From: Candidatus Heimdallarchaeota archaeon
GTDB taxonomy: Archaea > Asgardarchaeota > Heimdallarchaeia > Heimdallarchaeales > Heimdallarchaeaceae
Direction: 5' to 3'
Length of the DNA: 43,142 nucleotides
Assembly (NCBI GenBank): GCA_019057815.1
Contig: JAHLWR010000029.1
Location: 1 to 43,142 of the forward strand
In this document: positions 9,970 to 17,794 of the stretch, one piece after another
Layout of the letters: each line of letters opens with the position of its first letter
How positions within the stretch are numbered: the first letter of the stretch is position 1
Made by a program: the position numbers and the translations under genes
The notes under the pieces: model-generated
What the model was told of the DNA's origin: nothing
The model's input: only the letters and a program-made list of their open reading frames with translations
Database searches by the model: none

Positions 9970-11940
9970 GTGATTCTAATGTCCAAAGAAGAAATTAAAA
10001 ATTTGGAAGAATTAATTCTTTACCACAAAAGAAAGTATTATGATGGAGAAACAGAAATCTCTGATGCTGAATTTGATAGTCTAGAAGAGAGATTAAGAAT
10101 ACTTGATGCAAACAATCCCGTACTATTTATTGTTGGTACGAAAGAGGGAGAGGATAAGGGAAAGGTAAAACATGACCCTCCAATGCTTTCCTGTCAAAAA
10201 GCTAAAACCGTTGAAGAAGTTCTCAAGTGGTCAAATGATAAGCCAATAACAATAGGTTACAAAGTCGATGGTTTATCTCTTAAGCTTGTTTATAATAATT
10301 CAAGACTTATTGTTGCTTCTACAAGAGGAAGTGGTTTACAGGGTGATGATGTCACGATCAATATCTTACGAATAGAATCTATTCCTAAAACTATTCCCTT
10401 TGATAATAGAATAGAAGTAAGGGGAGAACTCTATATGGAAATCTCAGAATTTAATAGAATAAATAAAGATTTACTTGAAATTGAAAAATATAGTAATCCG
10501 CGAAATCTAGCAGCTGGAACGATAAAACAAAAAGATTCTAAAATAGTTAACGAGAGAAAATTAAAATTTGAAGCATGGGATCTTTTAGGATACGGGCGTG
10601 ATACTAGTGTTGATGAACAAGCTAAAATTCTATCTTCATGGGGTTTTGATTCTTCTTATTTCCACACAATAGAAGAACCAGATTATGAGTCTATTTCTAA
10701 ACCTTTTAAAAAAGTTGAAGAAGAGCGTGAAAGACTAGATTTCGAAATAGACGGTGTTGTTTTTAAATATAATTTGGCTAATCACAGAGAAGAAGCGGGA
10801 GAAACTGATCATCATCCTCGATGGCAGATAGCCTTGAAATTTGAAAGTAAAGGGAAGACTACAACCTTGAAAGATATTACTTGGCAAGTTGGAAGAACAG
10901 CTGTTTTGACACCTGTAGCTGAATTAGAACCTGTTAAAATCGCTGGAGCTGTTATCAGTAGGGCTACTCTTCACAATGCAGAGTTTCTTCTTTCATTAGA
11001 TGCTAATCAAGGTGATATTGTTTATGTAGAAAGGTCAGGTGAAGTGATACCCAAAATAATCAAAGTTACATCTAAAAATACTGATTTAAAAGTACAACTC
11101 CCAAAGAAATGCCCTTCTTGCGGAGCTGAAACGAGACGAATAGGAGTTAATCTTGTTTGTACGGGAGATAACTGTAGAGAAAAAGAAATACAACAAATAA
11201 AATATTGGATAAAAATAACTAAAATTGACGGTTTGGGAGGTAAAAGCTTAGAGAAATTATATGATTTAGGATTATTGAAACATTACAGTGATCTTTATAG
11301 TCTAACAGAAGAACAACTTGTAGAACATTTAGGTAAGAATGGTTCAAAAATCTACCAATCTATCAATAGTACGCGTGAGTTACCTTTCCACATCTTTCTA
11401 GCTGGTCTAGGAATCGAAACACTTGGAAGAACCATGGGAAAGAAATTAGTCAAGCACTTTACAAGTTTAGAAGAACTGAAAAATGCTTCAATTAATCATT
11501 TAACAGAATTAGAGGGAATATCAGATATTACTGCCAAGCACATCAACAAAGGTATTAATGAAGAAGAAAGGTATGAAAATCTCTTTAAAAGGGGATTGAT
11601 AATTATCCCTCCAAAAACTTTACCTAAGAAGAAAAGACCAGCAACAGGAGCAAAGGATCTTACAAGTTTCTTTGGAAAAGCAGATCAAGAAGAAGATGAA
11701 GAATTTGTCGAAATGCAAAGAATTTACATTACTGGAAAAGTAGAAGGTTATATCAAAAACCAGCTTGAACAATTAGCTGAAGATCACGGATTCGAGTGGG
11801 TATCATCAGTGAGTAAAAGACTTGACATGCTTGTTTATGGCGAGAATGCGGGCAAATTAAAGTTAGAAAAAGCTGAAAAACTTGGAGTTAAAACTATACC
11901 TTGGGAAAAGTTTTACAAAGAATATATTAACAAAAAATAA
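9970..11940 (+). CDS. ligA: NAD-dependent DNA ligase
   Basis: Domain Ia YY..ISDAEFD, adenylation motif KVDG, STRGSG, EVRGE, NPRN, DGVV, QVGRT, ATLHN, Cys4 zinc finger (CPSC..C..C), HhH region, C-terminal BRCT. Confidence 0.96.
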   Translation: MILMSKEEIKNLEELILYHKRKYYDGETEISDAEFDSLEERLRILDANNPVLFIVGTKEGEDKGKVKHDPPMLSCQKAKTVEEVLKWSNDKPITIGYKVDGLSLKLVYNNSRLIVASTRGSGLQGDDVTINILRIESIPKTIPFDNRIEVRGELYMEISEFNRINKDLLEIEKYSNPRNLAAGTIKQKDSKIVNERKLKFEAWDLLGYGRDTSVDEQAKILSSWGFDSSYFHTIEEPDYESISKPFKKVEEERERLDFEIDGVVFKYNLANHREEAGETDHHPRWQIALKFESKGKTTTLKDITWQVGRTAVLTPVAELEPVKIAGAVISRATLHNAEFLLSLDANQGDIVYVERSGEVIPKIIKVTSKNTDLKVQLPKKCPSCGAETRRIGVNLVCTGDNCREKEIQQIKYWIKITKIDGLGGKSLEKLYDLGLLKHYSDLYSLTEEQLVEHLGKNGSKIYQSINSTRELPFHIFLAGLGIETLGRTMGKKLVKHFTSLEELKNASINHLTELEGISDITAKHINKGINEEERYENLFKRGLIIIPPKTLPKKKRPATGAKDLTSFFGKADQEEDEEFVEMQRIYITGKVEGYIKNQLEQLAEDHGFEWVSSVSKRLDMLVYGENAGKLKLEKAEKLGVKTIPWEKFYKEYINKK

Positions 11941-12032
11941 AAAATGCTAAAGAAGATGTTATTTTGTCACTTCTTTTTTATTGAGAGTAAATCAATAAGA
12001 AAACATAAGAGAAGATAGCAAAAATTATATGA

Positions 12033-13151
12033 ATGGGAAAAAATAGTATAACAAGAGAAAAAATGAGAAAAAGATTAATTTTTCCCAAAGAAATAATAAA
12101 AGGAATAAGTGTAGCCACACTCATTCTCTTATTTCTTAATGTAGTAACAGCTGATGTAACACAAACAACTAGCAATTATTCTGAAGGATATCCTTCTTTG
12201 ATTGCTTCTACTCCTCAAGAATCTATTGAAATTACTTCAGATTACAACTTTACAGATTATGGCTTTCCAGGGACAGGAACATCTGAAGATCCTTATCTTA
12301 TTGAGGATTACAATATCACAACAACAGATGAGAATGGTATTTTTATCACTGAAACCACTAAACATTTCATTATTCGAAACTGTTATGTTGATGCTTATCG
12401 AATGGGTATTTTTATCGATGATGTTGCTGAAGGTACAACTACCATTGTTAACAACATTTGTACAAACAACCAATATGGTATCTTTGTACAGTATTCAGGT
12501 TCTTCTATTGTCTTTAACAATACTTGTAAAGAAAACAACTATTATGGTATTAATGTTGATACTTCTGGTTTGTCTCTTATAGATAGCAATACTTGTACAA
12601 ACAATGATGTAGGTATCAGGTTGGACGATTCTCCTTCTTCTACTATCTCTAACAACAACTGTACAACTAATAATTTTGGTATCTGGTTATTGCTTGATGC
12701 TTCATCTTCTTCTATCTCTAACAACAACTGTACAAACAACAATGTAGGTATATATTTGTGGTATTCGAATGATTGTGTTCTTTCTTACAATCATTTGCAA
12801 GAAAATTTTAAGTATGGAGTAAAACTAGAATCAAATGGATTCAATATTATACATAACAACAATTTCACTGATAACATGTATGAAGGATCATCACAAGCCT
12901 ATGATGATGGATTTAGAAACACTTGGTACGACACTGAAACTTTGGAAGGCAATTATTGGTCAGACTATGACGGAACTGGTAATTACTCTATTGATGGTTC
13001 TGCAGGATCATTTGATCTTTACCCTCTTGAGGAACATGAGGAATCGTCTACAAGTGAAATACAATTTAGCTTTTTATTTGCTCTCCCGATATTTATAATT
13101 CCTTCACTTCTCACAAGAATAATATCAAGCAAACATACGAAAAAACAATAA
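12033..13151 (+). CDS. NosD-like right-handed parallel beta-helix surface protein (paralogue 1)
   Basis: Signal peptide, GFPGTGTSEDPYLIE, repeated I.NNxCxNN.xGI units, GNYWSD, C-terminal TM with basic tail. Confidence 0.87.
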   Translation: MGKNSITREKMRKRLIFPKEIIKGISVATLILLFLNVVTADVTQTTSNYSEGYPSLIASTPQESIEITSDYNFTDYGFPGTGTSEDPYLIEDYNITTTDENGIFITETTKHFIIRNCYVDAYRMGIFIDDVAEGTTTIVNNICTNNQYGIFVQYSGSSIVFNNTCKENNYYGINVDTSGLSLIDSNTCTNNDVGIRLDDSPSSTISNNNCTTNNFGIWLLLDASSSSISNNNCTNNNVGIYLWYSNDCVLSYNHLQENFKYGVKLESNGFNIIHNNNFTDNMYEGSSQAYDDGFRNTWYDTETLEGNYWSDYDGTGNYSIDGSAGSFDLYPLEEHEESSTSEIQFSFLFALPIFIIPSLLTRIISSKHTKKQ

Positions 13152-13162
13152 GATGTATTATG

Positions 13163-15172
13163 TTAATAATTTTCCTTGTTTCCTCTTAGTTTAAACTGTC
13201 TCCAACTTTTTTTTATTTGTGGGTAAATCAATAAGAAAACATAAGAGAGGGTAGCAGAAATTAAAATAATTAACGACCAAGGGAATAAATCAGAAATCCA
13301 ATGTCCATTCGCAATAGCGTGAATAAATAGTACTATTATCATCAAATAGCCAAAGTATTTGTGAATTATTTTCGCTTTTTTCCTTTTACTAGTTTTGGTT
13401 TTTTTCACTAATAACCATACACTTAACCCTAAATAAATAGGGCTTAACCACAAAACAATTCTCGCAACATTCATTGCAATATTGTATAAGTTAACGTCTC
13501 CTCCCATTGAGAAATTAAGTAATGTTGAACTAAAGAAAGCCCAAAAACTTATTCTTGATGGATTTTCAACAATGGTCCACCCTCCATGATCTAAAAAGAT
13601 GTGAACAAATATAGAACAAATAGAAAGAGAGATGAATCCAACATGTAGACTGATTCTTCTTTTTCTTCTGATTTTTTTCTTAAGAGATGGAACTGTGAAA
13701 ATATGAGCTGTATATAGTGCAGCTATAGCTAACCAAGCGAATATATCACCCAAATTTTGAATTATTATTCCAGAAACTCCATCGCTAACTTCTATTTTTC
13801 CTACTGAAATAACATATACTGGTCGTTCTTCAGCTGTAGCTGAGACAATATAACGTATATTTGAATCATCAAAAGCTCCAATAACAACCATTCCCAAATT
13901 TAAAGCATAACAGCTCAAATACAAGTTTTGAGCAATTGCACCAACATCAAATAGCGCTCTTTGCTTATTAACGGTATAAGTATTATCGCCTTCAGTAAAC
14001 ATTGTTTCATTTATTGTAAGAACTATCACCATTGAAGCATCTAGAACCCATGGTTGTTGTAAGCTTGAATCCCATAAATCTTCTTTTCTAGAATCATTAC
14101 TAATTTGATTAAAAGACTGTTCTACTACATCATAGTGATACATTCCCTCTTCCATTTCAGAAACATTATTGAGAGAAGTATAAGCATTAATTGACCATTT
14201 ATCAAAAAAAGTATCAAAAACTAAATCATCTACTAAAGGGTCGATTCTGCCAATACAATAATTATGTAGATAACTTACTTCTAATTCATCTATAGATTCA
14301 GGAAGGTAATCTCTTATAGATTTACGTCCTTGAATAGCCTCTTCAACTGATGTAGTAGGAGGGATTATAGAATATTTAATGTTCATTGAAACATCTTTTA
14401 ATCCCAATTTTAGATGTTTGGGAAGAAAATTATCTGTTGTTAGATTAGTCTCCCATGCAAAAACAATTGCTAGAGGTTCATACTCAATATCATAGATTGT
14501 CTGCAACTCTATTGAATCAAAATCAAGAACTATTTCTAGTTTTACACTTATAGCTTTTGCTTGTATTCGCATATTTTGCAATAAATGACCAACCTCTAAA
14601 TGAACATACTTGATTCCTCTATTTCCATATTTAGTAGTGGTTCTTTCATATTCTGCAGTAATTAGGTAAAGTACAGGAGCATTTTCTACAGAATTCTTTT
14701 TTTCCTCTGAATCCGAACCTGAAATGGATTCAACAATTGTGTTGAAAGTGGGTTGAACAGCCTGCATGTCTAAAGAATGATCTGAAGGTTCATAATGGTA
14801 AGTACCTCTTTCGATGTCATCATTACTAACATTTGAAGAGAAAAAAACATCTAAAGGGTAGGTTCCTCCAGCACTAGGAACGGAGCGGAAAGGATAGTGA
14901 GTTATACCTTGAGCTGCCCAGAGCAGCTGAGAAATGGTGTTTCTGCTGAAACTATCATTAATGAGCTCAATTTCTTGATCAAAACCTTTGAAACTTAGAA
15001 TCTCATCCAAGAGAACATCACTGCTTGTTATTGGATCATTTAACGGAGTGGAAGCAGCATAACAGTTTGAGAATTCATAGTTTCTGATATTTATAATCAA
15101 TAATGTTAAGGTTATGAAGAACACCTTATTTACGAGTTTATTAGAGCGTACTCCTCTTAACATTCCCGTCAC
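13163..15172 (-). CDS. Tandem SagB/ThcOx-type nitroreductase domains fused to a His-rich ferric-reductase-like transmembrane domain
   Basis: QLLWAAQG, PSAGGTYPL, KYGNRG..LEVGH (domain 1); RKSIR, GAIAQNLYL, IGAFDD (domain 2); about 5 C-terminal TM helices with two H-x13-H pairs. Confidence 0.85.
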   Translation of the reverse strand: MTGMLRGVRSNKLVNKVFFITLTLLIINIRNYEFSNCYAASTPLNDPITSSDVLLDEILSFKGFDQEIELINDSFSRNTISQLLWAAQGITHYPFRSVPSAGGTYPLDVFFSSNVSNDDIERGTYHYEPSDHSLDMQAVQPTFNTIVESISGSDSEEKKNSVENAPVLYLITAEYERTTTKYGNRGIKYVHLEVGHLLQNMRIQAKAISVKLEIVLDFDSIELQTIYDIEYEPLAIVFAWETNLTTDNFLPKHLKLGLKDVSMNIKYSIIPPTTSVEEAIQGRKSIRDYLPESIDELEVSYLHNYCIGRIDPLVDDLVFDTFFDKWSINAYTSLNNVSEMEEGMYHYDVVEQSFNQISNDSRKEDLWDSSLQQPWVLDASMVIVLTINETMFTEGDNTYTVNKQRALFDVGAIAQNLYLSCYALNLGMVVIGAFDDSNIRYIVSATAEERPVYVISVGKIEVSDGVSGIIIQNLGDIFAWLAIAALYTAHIFTVPSLKKKIRRKRRISLHVGFISLSICSIFVHIFLDHGGWTIVENPSRISFWAFFSSTLLNFSMGGDVNLYNIAMNVARIVLWLSPIYLGLSVWLLVKKTKTSKRKKAKIIHKYFGYLMIIVLFIHAIANGHWISDLFPWSLIILISATLSYVFLLIYPQIKKSWRQFKLRGNKENY

Positions 15173-15366
15173 ATCGTTTAATATTTATAATTTGAATTTA
15201 TTATGCTGGCATATTAATTTTTTATGAGTTTATAAACCAATTTGAGAATAGTTAAGTAAACTCATCCGTTCTGATATCTTCCTATCTTTAAAAAATCTAA
15301 AAAAAGAAGGGTTGAAGGGTTTGTTCCTGTTATTACTACGTTTTTATGCTGTTTCTGACTGCTTAT

Positions 15367-16344
15367 CTATTTTTTCTTTGTCCTTTTTGAAATTGTTCTT
15401 GTGAGTATTAAGGGAACTATAGAAAGTAGTAGAGTTAGTAAAACGATTTGTGGATATTCAACTATTACAGGTTCCTCAAGAGGATATAAGTCAACTGAAT
15501 TCGCAGAACCATCAATAGAATAAGAACCTGTTCCTGACCAATCTGACCAATAGTTACCCTCTTGTGTTACAGAGTTATACCAGAAGTTGTTAGTAGAATC
15601 ATCATATGCTTGTGAAGTGCCTCCAAGATTATTGTCTACGAAAGTATTATGGTGAATAAGATTAATGTCAGAACCAGATCTTAAGTATACTCCATATCTT
15701 TCATTTTCTTGTAGAAGGTTGTAAGTAACGACACAAAAAATAGATGACCAAAGACAGATGCCGTCCCTGACATTATTATTGCATGTGTTGTTTGCAACAG
15801 TCGCACTACCAGAAGACCCAAGATGGATGCCAAAGTCGTTGTTGTTGCACGTGTTGTTGGCAACAGTAGCACTACCAGAAATGTGAAGATAGATACCATC
15901 ACCGATATTGTTACAGCACGTGTTGTTAGCAATAGTAGAACTATCAGAAGCCACAAGCTCGATACCTATCAAGTTGTTGCTGCACGTGTTGCTAATGACA
16001 GTTGCTGTTCCATCAGCTACATATTCGATAGAAATTCCATTTTCTTCTGCGTCAACATAGCAGTTACTAACAATGAAATATTTCGTTGTTCCAGTGATAG
16101 AAATGCCTTCATAACTTGTTGTTGTAATATTATATCCCTCAATAACATAAGGATCTACTTCCGTTCCTGTTCCTGGAAAAACTTCGAAATCGCTATCACT
16201 AGTTATTTCAATAGGACCGTGAGGTGACAACTCTAACGAAGTAGGTCTATAATCATTCTCTTCAGCAGTTATTTGTACATTGATATTCGATGCATAGATT
16301 GCGAGTGTTAGTATTAGTAGAATTATTATTGTTTTCTTCTTCAT
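15367..16344 (-). CDS. NosD-like parallel beta-helix surface protein (paralogue 2)
   Basis: MKKK signal peptide, FPGTGTEVDPYVIE, ANNTCNNN repeats, GNYWSDW, C-terminal TM and KRTKKK. Confidence 0.87.
   Translation of the reverse strand: MKKKTIIILLILTLAIYASNINVQITAEENDYRPTSLELSPHGPIEITSDSDFEVFPGTGTEVDPYVIEGYNITTTSYEGISITGTTKYFIVSNCYVDAEENGISIEYVADGTATVISNTCSNNLIGIELVASDSSTIANNTCCNNIGDGIYLHISGSATVANNTCNNNDFGIHLGSSGSATVANNTCNNNVRDGICLWSSIFCVVTYNLLQENERYGVYLRSGSDINLIHHNTFVDNNLGGTSQAYDDSTNNFWYNSVTQEGNYWSDWSGTGSYSIDGSANSVDLYPLEEPVIVEYPQIVLLTLLLSIVPLILTRTISKRTKKK
15781..15880. repeat. Intragenic 66-bp-period repeat (duplicated beta-helix coil)
   Basis: 15781-15814 and 15847-15880 match at 31/34 nt (both encode SGSATVANNTC). 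Confidence 0.75.
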
Positions 16345-16530
16345 TAAATCACACTTACTTAAACTCTTTATCTAATATATATTTTGCGCAATAGATTCTT
16401 CCATTTGAGTGAAAAAAAACACTAAAATTTCGTTTTGTATAACTTACTTATTTTTCCTTTATTGCTAAGTGTGTATTACAGCTAGAACTAGTAAAGGTGT
16501 AATAATCACAATAGATGCATGGTAGTGTTA

Positions 16531-16663
16531 ATGAACAAAGACGCAGGAATTAGAAAACTCCCCCATATTTATTATATTGGTTATCCTTGTGTTGCTAGCT
16601 CTAGCGATTCTTTTCATCCTAAAGTTATTGCTCATTTCAAGCTCTGAAGAAAAAATAAATTAA
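16531..16663 (+). pseudogene. Possible frameshifted small membrane protein or signal-anchor remnant
   Basis: Removing one C from the C5 run at 16560-16564 gives MNKDAGIRKLPIFIILVILVLLALAILFILKLLLISSSEEKIN*. Confidence 0.35.
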
Positions 16664-16749
16664 TTTTTAGAATTATTAAAAAAATCAAGGTATCTCTTAG
16701 TTAATTATTTCTCAACACACTTTTTATATAAGTGTAGATTTTCCTTTTT

Positions 16750-17349
16750 ATGAAAATTTTTCTGATAAGGCATGGAGAGACTGAATATAACAAAAAAGGA
16801 TTGTTGATGGGGGCAATTGATATACCTTTAAATGATGAAGGTAAAAGACAAGCTATCAAGATAGCTGAAAGACTAACATCCATCAAATTTTCACATATTT
16901 ACAGTTCTGATAGATCTAGAGCTTTACAAACTGCTGAGATAATTAGTGATAAGCTGAAAATACCTGTAATTGAGTCTAAAGATCTGCAAGAACACCTTCT
17001 TGGAAAATTAGAAGGCAAGAAATGGAATCCTGAATGGTTAAGTGATGGTTTTGAAGGATTTGAAAGAGTACTTCGAAAAGAAGGTGGAGAAAGTGTTATT
17101 GCTTTTGAGGAAAGAGTTTGGAAATGCTTTAATGAAATTATTGCTCAAAATGATGGCAACAACAATATCGCGATTATTTCTCATGGAGCAGCAATTAAAA
17201 TCATTTTCAAGAATATTTTACAATCATCGCTTAAGGCGCTCTTAAGAATCAGACAGGACAATGGATGTATCAATATTATCAATGTTAAAAAGATAGGAAA
17301 AAAACCAGAATTTGAGATTCAAGTTATTAATGATTGCAATCATTTGTAA
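16750..17349 (+). CDS. Histidine phosphatase (phosphoglycerate mutase-like) family protein
   Basis: LIRHGET, SSDRSRALQTA, GES, ISHG. Confidence 0.93.
   Translation: MKIFLIRHGETEYNKKGLLMGAIDIPLNDEGKRQAIKIAERLTSIKFSHIYSSDRSRALQTAEIISDKLKIPVIESKDLQEHLLGKLEGKKWNPEWLSDGFEGFERVLRKEGGESVIAFEERVWKCFNEIIAQNDGNNNIAIISHGAAIKIIFKNILQSSLKALLRIRQDNGCINIINVKKIGKKPEFEIQVINDCNHL
17306..17345 (+). repeat. 40-bp direct repeat, copy 1 (3' end of the phosphatase gene)
   Basis: CAGAATTTGAGATTCAAGTTATTAATGATTGCAATCATTT; 36/40 identical to 17641-17680. Confidence 0.85.
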
Positions 17350-17370
17350 TTTAATATGATAAAATACAAA

Positions 17371-17393
17371 TACTATAGATACTACTATAGTAG
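17371..17393. promoter_or_regulatory. Nested inverted repeats, putative autoregulatory operator of the antitoxin gene
   Basis: TACTATAG-N6-CTATAGTA (17371-17392) overlapping the perfect palindrome CTACTATAGTAG (17382-17393), directly before the start codon. Confidence 0.55.
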
Positions 17394-17398
17394 GTATA

Positions 17399-17650
17399 GT
17401 GAACACGATGACAACCACGATACAAATTAAAGAAGAAACAAAAAAAGCACTTTTATTAGAGAAAAATCGTTTAGAAAGAAAATTAGGCCATCTATTAACT
17501 TATGATGATGTGATAGAGTATCTATTGTCTCAAAGTTCTACTCCTACTCCTAGGAAAACAATACAAGAGCTGCAAGGAACACTTGAAAAAGAAGCTTTAA
17601 GCATTTACAAGCAATTAAGAGAGGAATATAGAAAAAATGACAGAATTTGA
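17399..17650 (+). CDS. Orphan archaeal VapB-like antitoxin
   Basis: MTTTIQIKEETKK.L...TYDDVIEYLL N-terminal DNA-binding pattern and IQELQGTL..LREE C-terminus, typical of archaeal VapB antitoxins. Confidence 0.65.
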   Translation: MNTMTTTIQIKEETKKALLLEKNRLERKLGHLLTYDDVIEYLLSQSSTPTPRKTIQELQGTLEKEALSIYKQLREEYRKNDRI

Positions 17651-17680
17651 GATTCAATCTATTAACGATTGTAATCATTT
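17641..17680 (+). repeat. 40-bp direct repeat, copy 2
   Basis: CAGAATTTGAGATTCAATCTATTAACGATTGTAATCATTT; encodes EFEIQSINDCNH versus EFEIQVINDCNH in copy 1. Confidence 0.85.
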
Positions 17681-17794
17681 AGAAGAAAACATTAAAAGCA
17701 AAACATGAGTTTCCAATTTCAACTTATTTTGTGCTTTATTAAACTTAGATATGCAATTCTTTTGCAAATATTAAAATAACCGTATTATCAATTT

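Noticed and set aside
13163-15172. Thiazole/oxazole RiPP (TOMM) cluster based on the SagB domains
   Set aside because: No YcaO cyclodehydratase, E1-like protein or precursor peptide nearby; the enzyme appears exported and membrane-bound
12033-16344. Diversity-generating retroelement target (AAC-rich repeats)
   Set aside because: No reverse transcriptase and no template/variable repeat pair differing only at adenines; AAC richness reflects Asn ladders of beta-helices
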